Origin: Nemertoderma westbladi
Lineage: Eukaryota; Animalia; Xenacoelomorpha
DNA: 64,000 nucleotides
Reading direction: 5' to 3'
Assembly: GCA_032718475.1 (NCBI GenBank)
Contig: JAUCBJ010005050.1
Location: 1 to 64,000 of the forward strand
How positions within the stretch are numbered: position 1 is the stretch's first letter; the number at the start of each line of letters is the position of its first letter. Position numbers and translations under genes: made by a program. Below are positions 12,901 to 27,069 of the stretch, piece by piece. The notes below the pieces were generated by a model. That model saw only the letters and a program-made list of their open reading frames with translations. It made no database searches and was not told the origin of the DNA.

Positions 12901-15900
12901 CTAGACATCCAGATAAGGTCGGCTGAAGGTAATCATCCAACGGCTAGACATCCAGATAAGGTCGGCTGAAGGTAATCATCCAACGGCTAGCCATGCTGAC
13001 AAGGTCGGCTGAAGGTAATCAACCAACGGCAGGCCATGCTGACAAGGTCGGCTGAAGGTAATCAACCAACGGCTAGACATGCAGACAAGGTCGGCTGAAG
13101 GTAATCAACCAACGGCTAGACAAGCAGACAAGGTCGGGGGAAGGTAATCAACCAACGGCTAGACATGCAGACAAGGTCGGGGGAAGGTAATCAACCAACG
13201 GCTAGACATGCAGACAAGGTCGGGGGAAGATAATCAACCAACGGCTAGCCATGCTGACAAGGTCGGCGGAAGGTAATCAACCAACGGCTAGCCATGCAGA
13301 CAAGGTCGGCGGAAGGTAATCATCCAACGGCTAGACATGCAGACAAGGTCGGTTGAAGGTAATCAACCAACGGCTAGACATGCAGACAAGGTCGGCTGAA
13401 GGTAATCAACCAACGGCTAGACATGCAGACAAGGTCGGCTGAAGGTAATCAACCAACGGCTAGACGCAGACAAGGTCGGCTGAAGGTAATCAACCAACGG
13501 CTAGACATGCAGACAAGGTCGGCGGAAGGTAACCAACCAACGGCTAGACATGCAGACAAGGTCGTCTGAAGGTAATCAACCAGCGGCTAGACATGCAGAC
13601 ATGGTCGGCTGAAGGTAATGAACCAACGGCTAGTTATGCAGACAAGGTCGGGGGAAGGTAATCAACCAACGGCTAGACATGCAGACAAGGTCGGGGGAAG
13701 GTAATCAACCAACGGCTAGACATGCAGACAAGGTCGGGGGAAGGTAATCAACCAACGGCTAGACATGCAGACAAGGTCGGGGGAAGGTAATCAACCAACG
13801 GCTAGCCATGCAGACAAGGTCAGCTGAAGGTAATCAACCAAAGGCTAGACATGCAGACAAGGTCGACTGAAGGTAATCAACCAACGGCTAGACATGCAGA
13901 CAAGGTCGGGGGAAGGTAATCAACCAACGGCTAGACATGCAGACAAGGTCAGCTGAAGGTAATCAACCAACGGCTAGACATGCAGACAAGGTCGGCGAAA
14001 GGTAATCAACCAACGGCTAGACATTCAGACAAGGTCGGCGGAAGGTAATCATCCAACGGCTAGCCATGCAGACAAGGTCGAGGGAAGGTAATCAACCAAC
14101 GGCTAGACATGCAGACAAGGTCGGCGGAAGGTATTCAACCAACGGCTAGCCATGTAGACAAGGTCGGCTGAAGGTAATCAACCAACGGCTAGACATGCAG
14201 ACAAGGTCGGGGGAAGGTAATCAACCAACGGCTAGAAAAGCAGACAAGGTCGGGGGAAGGTAATCAACCAATGGCTAGCCATGCAGACAAGGTCGGCGGA
14301 CGGTTTTCAACCAACGGCTAGCCATGTAGACAAGGTCGGTGGAAGGTAATCAACCAAGGGCTAGCCATGCAGACAAGATCGGGGAAGGTAATCAACCAAC
14401 GGCTAGCCATGCAGACAAGGTCGGCTGAAGGTAATCAACCAACGGCTAGCAGACAAGGTCGGCTGAAGGTAATCAACCAACGGCTAGACATGCAGACAAG
14501 GTCGGGGGAAGGTAATCAACCAACGGCTAGACATGCAGACAAGGTCGGCTGAAGGTAATCAACCAACGGCTAGACATGCAGACAAGGTCGGGGGAAGGTA
14601 ATCAACCAAAGGCTAGCCATGCAGACAAGGTCGGCTGAAGGTAATCAACCAACGGCTAGCCATGCAGACAAGGTCGGCTGAAGGTAATCAACCAACGGCT
14701 AGTAATGTAGACAAGGTCGGTGGAAGGTAATCAACCAACGGCTTTCCATTCAGACAAGGTCGGCGGAAGGTAATCAACCAACGGCTAGCCATGCAGACAA
14801 GGTCGGGGGAAGGTAATCAACCAACGGCTAGTAATGTAGACAAGGTCGGTGGAAGGTAATCAACCAACGGCTAGCCATGTAGACAAGGTCGGTGGAAGGT
14901 AATCAACCAACGGCTAGTAATGTAGACAAGGTCGGTGGAAGGTAATCAACCAACGCCTAGCCATGCAGACAAGGTCGGGGGAAGGTAATCAACCAACGGC
15001 TAGACATGCAGACAAGGTCGGTGGAAGGTAATCAACCAACGGCTAGTAATGTAGACAAGGTCGGTGGAAGGTAATCAACCAACGCCTAGCCATGCAGACA
15101 AGGTCGGGGGAAGGTAATCAACCAACGGCTAGTAATGTAGACAAGGTCGGCGGAAGGTAATCAACCAACGGCTAGACATGCAGACAAGGTCGGGGGAAGG
15201 TAATCAACCAACGGCTAGTAATGTAGACAAGGTCGGTGGAAGGTAATCAACCAACGCCTAGACATGCAGACAAGGTCGGGGGAAGGTAATCAACCAACGG
15301 CTAGTAATGTAGACAAGGTCGGCGGAAGGTAATTAACCAACGCCTAGCCATGCAGACAAGGTCGGGGGAAGGTAATCAACCAACGGCTAGACATGCAGAC
15401 AAGGTCGGTGGAAGGTAATCAACCAACGGCTAGTAATGTAGACAAGGTCGGTGGAAGGTAATCAACCAACGCCTAGACATGCAGACAAGGTCGGGGGAAG
15501 GTAATCAACCAACGGCTAGTAATGTAGACAAGGTCGGCGGAAGGTAATCAACCAACGGCTAGCCATGCAGACAAGGTCGGTGGAAGGTAATCAACCAACG
15601 GCTAGTAATGTAGACAAGGTCGGTGGAAGGTAATCAACCAACGCCTAGCCATGCAGACAAGGTCGGGGGAAGGTAATCAACCAACGGCTAGACATGCAGA
15701 CAAGGTCGGTGGAAGGTAATCAACCAACGGCTAGCCATGCAGACAAGGTCGGGGGAAGGTAATCAACCAACGGCTAGCCATGCAGACAAGGTCGGCTGAA
15801 GGTAATCAACCAACGGCTAGCCATGCAGACAAGGTCGGCTGAAGGTAATCAACCAACGGCTAGTGATGTAGACAAGGTCGGTGGAAGGTAATCAACCAAC

Positions 15901-18900
15901 GGCTAGTAATGTAGACAAGGTCGGTGGAAGGTAATCAACCAACGGCTAGCCATGCAGACAAGGTCGGGGGAAGGTAATCAACCAACGGCTAGACATGCAG
16001 ACAAGGTCGGGGGAAGATAATCAACCAACGGCTAGTAATGTAGACAAGGTCGGTGGAAGGTAATCAACCAACGGCTAGTAATGTAGACAAGGTCGGTGGA
16101 AGGTAATCAACCAACGGCTAGCCATGCAGACAAGGTCGGGGGAAGGTAATCAACCAACGGCTAGCCATGCAGACAAGGTCGGGGGAAGGTAATCAACCAA
16201 CGGCTAGTAATGTAGACAAGGTCGGTGGAAGGTAATCAACCAACGGCTAGTAATGTAGACAAGGTCGGTGGAAGGTAATCAACCAACGGCTAGCCATGCA
16301 GACAAGGTCGGTGGAAGGTAATCAACCAACGGCTACCCATGCAGACAAGGTCGGGGGAAGGTAATCAACCAACGGCTAGCCATGCAGACAAGGTCGGTTG
16401 AAGGTAATCAACCAACGTCTAGACATGCAGACAAGGTCGGGGGAAGCTAATCAACCAACGGCTAGACATGCAGACAGGTCGGCTGAAGGTAATCAACCAA
16501 CGGCTAGACATGCAGACAAGGTCGGCTGAAGGTAATCAACCAACGGCTAGCCATGCAGACAAGGTCGGCTGAAGGTAATCAACCAACGGCTAGCCATGCA
16601 GACAAGGTCGGCTGAAGGTAATCAACCAACGGCTAGTAATGTAGACAAGGTCGGTGGAAGGTAATCAACCAACGGCTTTCCATTCAGACAAGGTCGGCGG
16701 AAGGTAATCAACCAACGGCTAGCCATGCAGACAAGGTCGGGGGAAGGTAATCAACCAACGGCTAGACATGCAGACAAGGTCGGCTGAAGGTAATCAACCA
16801 ACGGCTAGCCATGCAGACAAGGTCGGCTGAAGGTAATCAACCAACGGCTAGTAATGTAGACAAGGTCGGTGGAAGGTAATCCACCAACGGCTAGCCATGC
16901 AGACAAGGTCGCTGGAAGGTAATCAACCAACGGCTAGTAATGTAGACAAGGTCGGTGGAAGGTAATCAACCAACGGCTAGACATGCAGACAAGGTCGGGG
17001 AAAGGTAATCAACCAACGGCTAGACATGCAGACAGGTCGGCTGAAGGTAATCAACCAACGGCTAGTAATGTAGACAAGGTCGGTGGAAGGTAATCAACCA
17101 ACGGCTTTCCATTCAGACAAGGTCGGCTGAAGGTAATCAACCAACGGCTAGCCATGCAGACAAGGTCGGCTGAAGGTAATCAACCAACGGCTAGCCATGC
17201 AGACAAGGTCGGGGGAAGCTAATTAACCAACGGCTAGACATGCAGACAGGTCGGCTGAAGGTAATCAACCAAAGGCTAGCCATGCAGACAAGGTCGGCTG
17301 AAGGTAATCAACCAACGGCTAGCCATGCAGACAAGGTCGGCTGAAGGTAATCAACCAACGGCTAGTAATGTAGACAAGGTCGGTGGAAGGTAATCAACCA
17401 ACGGCTTTCCATTCAGACAAGGTCGGCTGAAGGTAATCAACCAACGGCTAGCCATGCAGACAAGGTCGGTGGAAGGTAATCAACCAACGGCTAGTAATGT
17501 AGACAAGGTCGGTGGAAGGTAATCAACCAACACCTAGCCATGCAGACAAGGTCGGGGGAAGGTAATCAACCAACGGCTAGTAATGTAGACAAGGTCGGTG
17601 GAAGGTAATCAACCAACGGCTAGACATGCAGACAAGGTCGGGGGAAGGTAATCAACCAACGGCTAGCCATGCAGACAAGGTCGGGGGAAGGTAATCAACC
17701 AACGGCTAGACATGCAGACAAGGTCGGGGGAAGGTAATCAACCAACGGCTAGACATGCAGACAAGGTCGGCGGAAGGTAATCAACCAACGGCTAGCCATG
17801 CAGACAAGGTCGGGGGAAGGTAATCAACCAACGGCTAGTAATGTAGACAAGGTCGGTGGAAGGTAATCAACCAACGGCTAGCCATGCAGACAAGGTCGGC
17901 TGAAGGTAATCAACCAACGGCTAGACATGCAGACAAGGTCGGCTGAAGGTAATCAACCAACGGCTAGCCATGCAGACAAGGTCGGCTGAAGGTAATCAAC
18001 CAACGGCTAGACATGCAGACAAGGTCGGTGGTAGGTAATCAACCAACGGCTAGACATGCAGACAAGGTCGGGGGAAGGTAATCAACCAACGGCTAGTAAT
18101 GTAGACAAGGTCGGTGGAAGGTAATCAACCAACGGCTAGACATGCAGACAAGGTCGGAGGAAGGTAATCAACCAACGGCTAGATATGCAGACAAGGTCGG
18201 GGGAAGGTAATCAACCAACGGCTAGCCATGCAGACAAGGTCGGCTGAAGGTAATCAACCAACGGCTAGCCATGCAGACAAGGTCGCTGGAAGGTAATCAA
18301 CCAACGGCTAGCCATGCAGACAAGGTCGGGGGAAGGTAATCAACCAACGGCTAGCCATGCAGACAAGATCGGGGGAAGGTAATCAACCAACGGCTAGCCA
18401 TGCAGACAAGGTCGGCTGAAGGTAATCAACCAACGGCTAGCCATGCAGACAAGGTCGCTGGAAGGTAATCAACCAACGGCTAGCCATGCAGACAAGGTCG
18501 GGGAAAGGTAATCAACCAACGGCTAGACATCCAGATAAGGTCGGCTGAAGGTAATCATCCAACGGCTAGACATCCAGATAAGGTCGGCTGAAGGTAATCA
18601 TCCAACGGCTAGCCATGCTGACAAGGTCGGCTGAAGGTAATCAACCAACGGCAGGCCATGCTGACAAGGTCGGCTGAAGGTAATCAACCAACGGCTAGAC
18701 ATGCAGACAAGGTCGGCTGAAGGTAATCAACCAACGGCTAGACAAGCAGACAAGGTCGGGGGAAGGTAATCAACCAACGGCTAGACATGCAGCCAAGGTC
18801 GGGGGAAGGTAATCAACCAACGGCTAGACATGCAGACAAGGTCGGGGGAAGGTAATCAACCAACGGTTAGCCATGCTGACAAGGTCGGCGGAAGGTAATC

Positions 18901-21900
18901 AACCAACGGCTAGCCATGCAGACAAGGTCGGCGGAAGGTAATCATCCAACGGCTAGACATGCAGACAAGGTCGGTTGAAGGTAATCAACCAACGGCTAGA
19001 CATGCAGACAAGGTCGGCTGAAGGTAATCAACCAACGGCTAGACATGCAGACAAGGTCGGCTGAAGGTAATCAACCAACGGCTAGACATGCAGACAAGGT
19101 CGGCTGAAGGTAATCAACCAACGGCTAGACATGCAGACAAGGTCGGCGGAAGGTAACCAACCAACGGCTAGACATGCAGACAAGGTCGTCTGAAGGTAAT
19201 CAACCAACGGCTAGACATGCAGACAAGGTCGAGGGAAGGCAATCAACCAACGGCTAGATATGCAGACAAGGTCGGGGGAAGGTAATCAACCAACGGCTAG
19301 ACATGCAGACAAGGTCGGGGGAAGGTAATCAACCAACGGCTAGACATGCAGACAAGGTCGGGGGAAGGTAATCAACCAACGGCTAGACATGCAGACAAGG
19401 TCGGGGGAAGGTAATCAACCAACGGCTAGCCATGCAGACAAGGTCAGCTGAAGGTAATCAACCAAAGGCTAGACATGCAGACAAGGTCGACTGAAGGTAA
19501 TCAACCAACGGCTAGACATGCAGACAAGGTCGGGGGAAGGTAATCAACCAACGGCTAGACATGCAGACAAGGTCAGCTGAAGGTAATCAACCAACGGCTA
19601 GACATGCAGACAAGGTCGGCGAAAGGTAATCAACCAACGGCTAGACATTCAGACAAGGTCGGCGGAAGGTAATCATCCAACGGCTAGCCATGCAGACAAG
19701 GTCGAGGGAAGGTAATCAACCAACGGCTAGACATGCAGACAAGGTCGGCGGAAGGTATTCAACCAACGGCTAGCCATGTAGACAAGGTCGGCTGAAGGTA
19801 ATCAACCAACGGCTAGACATGCAGACAAGGTCGGGGGAAGGTAATCAACCAACGGCTAGAAATGCAGACAAGGTCGGGGGAAGGTAATCAACCAATGGCT
19901 AGCCATGCAGACAAGGTCGGCGGACGGTTTTCAACCAACGGCTAGCCATGTAGACGAGGTCGGTGGAAGGTAATCAACCAAGGGCTAGCCATGCAGACAA
20001 GATCGGGGGAAGGTAATCAACCAACGGCTAGCCATGCAGACAAGGTCGGCTGAAGGTAATCAACCAACGGCTAGCAGACAAGGTTGGCTGAAGGTAATCA
20101 ACCAACGGCTAGACATGCAGACAAGGTCGGGGGAAGGTAATCAACCAACGGCTAGACATGCAGACAAGGTCGGCTGAAGGTGATCAACCAACGGCTAGAC
20201 ATGCAGACAAGGTCGGGGGAAAGTAATCAACCAAAGGTTAGCCATGCAGACAAGGTCGGGGGAAGGTAATCAACCAACGGCTTTCCATTCAGACAAGGTC
20301 GGCGGAAGGTAATCAACCAACGGCTAGCCATGCAGACAAGGTCGGGGGAAGGTAATCAACCAACGGCTAGTAATGTAGACAAGGTCGGTGGATGGTAATC
20401 AACCAACGGCTAGCCATGCAGACAAGGTCGGGGGAAGCTAATCAACCAACGGCTAGACATGCAGACAGGTCGGCTGAAGGTAATCAACCAACGGCTAGAC
20501 ATGCAGACAAGGTCGGCGGAAGGTAATCAACCAACGGCTAGTAATGTAGACAAGGTCGGTGGAAGGTAATCAACCAACGGCTAGCCATGCAGATAAGGTC
20601 GGGGGAAGCTAATCAACCAACGGCTAGACATGCAGACAGGTCGGCTGAAGGTAATCAACCAACGGCTAGACATGCAGACAAGGTCGGCGGAAGGTAATCA
20701 ACCAACGGCTAGACATGCAGACAAGGTCGGCTGAAGGTAATCAACCAACGGCTAGCCATGCAGACAAGGTCAGGGGAAGGTAATCAACCAACGGCTAGTA
20801 ATGTAGACAAGGTCGGTGGAAGGTAATCAACCAACGGCTAGCCATGCAGACAAGGTCGGGGGAAGGTAATCAACCAACGGCTAGTAATGTAGACAAGGTC
20901 GGTGGAAGGTAATCAACCAACGCCTAGACATGCAGACAAGGTCGGGGGAAGGTAATCAACCAACGGCTAGCCATGCAGACAAGGTCGGTGGAAGGTAATC
21001 AACCAACGGCTAGACATGCAGACAAGGTCGGGGGAAGGTAATCAACCAACGGCTAGCCATGCAGACAAGGTCGGCGGAAGGTAATCAACCAACGGCTAGC
21101 CATGCAGACAAGGTCGGGGGAAGGTAATCAACCAACGGCTAGACATGCAGACAAGGTCGGCGGAAGGTAATCAACCAACGGCTAGCCATGCAGACAAGGT
21201 CGGCTGAAGGTAATCAACCAACGGCTAGACATGCAGACAAGGTCGGCTGAAGGTAATCAACCAACGGCTAGCCATGCAGACAAGGTCGGCTGAAGGTAAT
21301 CAACCAACGGCTAGACATGCAGACAAGGTCGGCGGTAGGTAATCAACCAACGGCTAGACATGCAGACAAGGTCGGGGGAAGGTAATCAACCAACGGCTAG
21401 TAATGTAGACAAGGTCGGTGGAAGGTAATCAACCAACGGCTAGACATGCAGACAAGGTCGGAGGAAGGTAATCAACCAACGGCTAGATATGCAGACAAGG
21501 TCGGGGGAAGGTAATCAACCAACGGCTAGCCATGCAGACAAGGTCGGCTGAAGGTAATCAACCAACGGCTAGCCATGCAGACAAGGTCGCTGGAAGGTAA
21601 TCAACCAACGGCTAGCCATGCAGACAAGGTCGGGGGAAGGTAATCAACCAACGGCTAGCCATGCAGACAAGATCGGGGGAAGGTAATCAACCAACGGCTA
21701 GCCATGCAGACAAGGTCGGCTGAAGGTAATCAACCAACGGCTAGCCATGCAGACAAGGTCGCTGGAAGGTAATCAACCAACGGCTAGCCATGCAGACAAG
21801 GTCGGGGGAAGGTAATCAACCAACGGCTAGACATCCAGATAAGGTCGGCTGAAGGTAATCATCTAACGGCTAGCCATGCTGACAAGGTCGGCTGAAGGTA

Positions 21901-23803
21901 ATCAACCAACGGCAGGCCATGCTGACAATGTCGGCTGAAGGTAATCAACCAACGGCTAGACATGCAGACAAGGTCGGCTGAAGGTAATCAACCAACGGCT
22001 AGACAAGCAGACAAGGTCGGGGGAAGGTAATAAACCAACGGCTAGACATGCAGACAAGGTCGGGGGAAGGTAATCAACCAACGGCTAGACATGCAGACAA
22101 GGTCGGGGGAAGGTAATCAACCAACGGCTAGCCATGCTGACAAGGTCGGCGGAAGGTAATCAACCTACGGCTAGCCATGCAGACAAGGTCGGCGGAAGGT
22201 AATCATCCAACGGCTAGACATGCAGACAAGGTCGGTTGAAGGTAATCAACCAACGGCTAGACATGCAGACAAGGTCGGCTGAAGGTAATCAACCAACGGC
22301 TAGACATGCAGACAAGGTCGGCTGAAGGTAATCAACCAACGGCTAGACATGCAGACAAGGTCGGCTGAAGGTAATCAACCAACGGCTAGACATGCAGACA
22401 AGGTCGGCGGAAGGTAACCAACCAACGGCTAGACATGCAGACAAGGTCGTCTGAAGGTAATCAACCAACGGCTAGACATGCAGACATGGTCGGCTGAAGG
22501 TAATGAACCAACGGCTAGATATGCAGACAAGGTCGGGGGAAGGTAATCAACCAACGGCTAGACATGCAGACAAGGTCGGGGGAAGGTAATCAACCAACGG
22601 CTAGACATGCAGACAAGGTCGGGGGAAGGTAATCAACCAACGGCTAGACATGCAGACAAGGTCGGGGGAAGGTAATCAACCAACGGCTAGCCATGCAGAC
22701 AAGGTCAGCTGAAGGTAATCAACCAAAGGCTAGACATGCAGACAAGGTCGACTGAAGGTAATCAACCAACGGCTAGACATGCAGACAAGGTCGGGGGAAG
22801 GTAATCAACCAACGGCTAGACATGCAGACAAGGTCAGCTGAAGGTAATCAACCAACGGCTAGACATGCAGACAAGGTCGGCGAAAGGTAATCAACCAACG
22901 GCTAGACATTCAGACAAGGTCGGCGGAAGGTAATCATCCAACGGCTAGCCATGCAGACAAGGTCGAGGGAAGGTAATCAACCAACGGCTAGACATGCAGA
23001 CAAGGTCGGCGGAAGGTATTCAACCAACGGCTAGCCATGTAGACAAGGTCGGCTGAAGGTAATCAACCAACGGCTAGACATGCAGACAAGGTCGGGGGAA
23101 GGTAATCAACCAACGGCTAGAAATGCAGACAAGGTCGGGGGAAGGTAATCAACCAATGGCTAGCCATGCAGACAAGGTCGGCGGACGGTTTTCAACCAAC
23201 GGCTAGCCATGTAGACGAGGTCGGTGGAAGGTAATCAACCAAGGGCTAGCCATGCAGACAAGATCGGGGGAAGGTAATCAACCAACGGCTAGCCATGCAG
23301 ACAAGGTCGGCTGAAGGTAATCAACCAACGGCTAGCAGACAAGGTTGGCTGAAGGTAATCAACCAACGGCTAGACATGCAGACAAGGTCGGGGGAAGGTA
23401 ATCAACCAACGGCTAGACATGCAGACAAGGTCGGCTGAAGGTGATCAACCAACGGCTAGACATGCAGACAAGGTCGGGGGAAGGTAATCAACCAAAGGCT
23501 AGCCATGCAGACAAGGTCGGGGGAAGGTAATCAACCAACGGCTAGACATGCAGACAAGGTCGGGGGAAGGTAATCAACCAACGGCTAGACATGCAGACAA
23601 GGTCAGCTGAAGGTAATCAACCAACGGCTAGACATGCAGACAAGGTCGGCTGAAGGTAATTAACCAACGGCTAGCCATGCAGACAAAGTCGGCTGAAGGT
23701 AATCAACCAACGGCTAGACATGCAGACAAGGTCGGGGGAAGGTAATCAACCAACGGCTAGACATGCAGACAAGGTCGGCTAAAGGTAATCATCCAACGGC
23801 TAG
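9956..23803. repeat. 43-bp satellite array, left arm (AGGTCGGNGGAAGGTAATCAACCAACGGCTAGNCATGCAGACA)
   Basis: About 320 tandem units, 39-bp deletion variants, and a higher-order block present three times. Confidence 0.98.
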
Positions 23804-24971
23804 TGTAAAAGCTTTTGCGGATATAATCAGTCCCCTTGCCCGCAAGGTACCGTTATAGGTGTTTTAACGGACATAAAAGTCATTCTTCTATATGTGTGCT
23901 TTGGCGGACATGGTAAGGCATAAAACCCGCAATGCGTCAAATACTCTGGCACAGCTTAGCCTTGATGATTCAGATTACGACATCTAACAGCTGGTTGCTG
24001 GCATGGAAACGGCCATTGGACACATGTTTCTTTGTTTAGCTTAACAGCCAATCAGGGCGATATTTACTGTCGATGTGGAGATTTTCTACAGATCGTGCTA
24101 GGAGTGTTCAGTCTTACTGTTTTTCTTGATACTGTTGTGTTGTTTCTATCTAGGCCAAGAACACCGGCTCTAGAGTCAATTCGTTTCAGACTTTAGAAGA
24201 AACATTAGTAGGCTTAGATTATAGAGCGTATAACTGTTATCGGCACAGTCCAGTCTTAACGGCACATACATTGTCATATCATATCTTAACCTACCGTCTT
24301 AATGCTTTTACTGTTGTTATTATTTTGTATCAGTTGGTTGAATATTATTTGGAGAACATCTATAAAGAACCCAAATTTCCCAATTTTCTTGATACACTAC
24401 AGGTTAGAGAGACAGGTTACATATAGCGATTGCGACTTATATTATTGTGGTTTGTAGTGAATTTAATGCTATTTGATAAGCACTACATGAGTCAATTGCT
24501 GTTCTCTTTATATATGATAAAATTCATTGACAGTCGGCAAATTAGTGTGCAGTATTGTGCGTTACCGGTAGTGTGCATGATTGTGACTGATAACTAAGCA
24601 TTTCCTAAAGAATGCGCCTCATACGTGAATCATAAGCCTTACCGACTTACCGTTGTGTTTAGTATAAGTCATATCTCTGTTTACCTAGATAGACCGCCAC
24701 GTCCTAAAGGAACTGTTAATATTTCCCGAAAGTGAATAATATTAGTCAGAAATTATTTATTAACGATCAATCGAATAATACAGTAAGCTTACACTGCAAT
24801 AACAATCTAAGCCCTCCTAATCCAGTCTCCCGGGTATATCCAGCGGGTGAATGGACGCGCACTAGGCTGGTCGTGGTTAAATACTTGTCATTTTCTAAAG
24901 TCTATTTATAAACCAAAAGACATATAAATTTTGGCAGGTTAAACTGCTAAAGGTCTTCAAAAGCGCGTACA
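23804..24971 (+). repeat. 5' LTR (1168 bp)
   Basis: TGTAAAAGC...GCGTACA; matches the 3' LTR except about 7 substitutions and a 21-bp length difference seen by eye. Confidence 0.97.
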
Positions 24972-25034
24972 ATAACAGTTATTTTTCTTTATTGCAGTAA
25001 GCAATAAAGTTAAAAGTACCGGTCGACCGGTAAA

Positions 25035-25162
25035 CCTGAACCGGTACTGCTGTAGGTCCGTAGGCCCAACTGCCAGAATCGGTACTGCTGTAGGTCCATA
25101 GGCCTAACTGCCTGAACCGGTACTGCTGTAGGTCTGTAGGCCCAACTGTCCTAACCGGTACT
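25035..25162 (+). repeat. 38-bp tandem repeat x3 in the retrotransposon 5' leader
   Basis: cctgaaccggtactgctgtaggtccgtaggcccaactg and two variants. Confidence 0.85.
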
Positions 25163-27069
25163 TCCAGTATAAGTACATTAGTATTATTCGATTTTGATTA
25201 TTGTATACCGGTAGGTCTTAGTACTTAATCAGGGAATGGCCGCCCTGGTTTTTTATTGAGATTTTACTTATTTCTGTCGGTTTTATTTACATGTAAGTTA
25301 ATATTGAGCTGAAGACGTGTAAGTCTGCTCAGATTGTTCAGATAATTGTAGGCTGGACTGTTGTCTGACTGTTGTTGCTGACTGTCTGCACATACTGTAG
25401 TTTATTTAGGCTTGACAGTATTCTGCCAGCGTTTTAGTCTGTGTTTGTTTGTGTGGTCTGTTCAGGTACCGTAATAGTTATTACTCAGATATTTTGTAGG
25501 CTGGATTGTTGTCTAGCTATTATTAGGTCTGAAGAGATTGCTGCGTGTGTAGAGTTTGTCTGATAAAGTGCCAGTTAGTAAGTTGGGGCAGCCAGAGCTG
25601 TAAGGTCAATCCCCTCTTAAAGAATAGGTCGTACTACCGTGTTAGAACGCATACTAACTAACCATTTCGGAATCTGCACATACGGTAGTTTATTTAGGCT
25701 TGGTGGTAGTCTGCCAGCGTTTGGTTTGTATTTTGTTTGAGTATTCTGTACGGGTAGCGTAATATTTATTATTCAGAGTTTATGCGATTATTCGCAACAT
25801 TCATGTCCCCAAGTTTATTCCTACAGTAATTGTGCTTGTTACACATACCGTTATAGTTAAATTAACCCCGGTACTACACGGGCTGCTTGGCGTAGGTAAA
25901 GACTGGTGACTTTGTGCTCCGGTCACTCCAGCAGATGCCGTGGTTCTTTTAACTGTTCAAGTATATTTAACTACTGATTATTTGTTGTACCAGTACTTGT
26001 ACCTAATTTAGGGTTTAGTGTACAGTGCTTTCCGAAGGTAATTAGTGTGTAGGCAGTATATTTGTGTTGTAAAGTGGTTAATAGGCACGTTGGATCTGGT
26101 AGTCCGCGGTTATTAACTTCCAGGTAGGAACACTCCATGATACATAACGTAGTACCTATAACGATACGGCTATAGGTCGTCAGGCGGTGGTATTTTCCTA
26201 TCTGGACAGTGCAATATATTTACTACTACTTATTATTTTCAAATACCGTAGTACCCTGTCCATTGTAATAACCAGAATTCTAACCCTTTGTTAGGCTGGT
26301 TTGTAGACTTCCTGTAAAATTACCCTAAAAATTTGAACGTAATATTTTGTTGTGTTTAATTAGAGATTTAATCTCACCCGTATCGTAAGTAATTTGTAGT
26401 ATTAAGTAACTTAGGTAAATTAGAATTATCTGTTTTAGTGTCCCATAAGTAGCACTTCACGGAGAGCGCACAGCTTCTGTGTAGTGACTTCCCCCAGAAA
26501 TAATAACATTTATTTCAAATATTGACAAAACCCATTTTAAACGGGTATATAAATATTATAAATCAACTCAAACGATTTATAAATAGTAGGCCTGCCATAC
26601 AACAACTAGGTCTCAATATCAGTTGGACTACTGCTTAAATAACGGTAATAAAGTAAGTTAAAGTAACCAAGTAACCCTAAAATATTCAGAAATTCAATTA
26701 TTCTAAAATAATTGACATACCGGTATTTACCATAGGCTTATTATATTTATTTCTATAAATTTGGGCTGAAATCATACCGGTATTCTGTAATTAATTCTAG
26801 TTCATAATTATACTTATATATACTATAAGTGTAAGCTGCATACCGGTATTCACGATAGGCCTATTATATATTTATATATATTTGTGCTAAAATTATATAC
26901 CGGTACTCTGTGACAAACCTAGTTTACAATACTTATATATACTATAAGTGTATACCGGTATTCTAATATACTGCAATAAATTACCGGTACTAGGCCAACG
27001 GTCATACTGAATTACTAGACTTGCTTTAACTGTAACTATAGCAGTAAGCATTCAACTGTATAACTAAAC

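Noticed and set aside
9956-23803. Satellite unit as a hammerhead ribozyme or as micro-exon/27-nt intron repeats (AG|GTAATC...CAG|)
   Set aside because: CTGAAGG lacks the CUGANGA/GAAA core; the putative intron has no pyrimidine tract and host coding introns here are hundreds of bp long.
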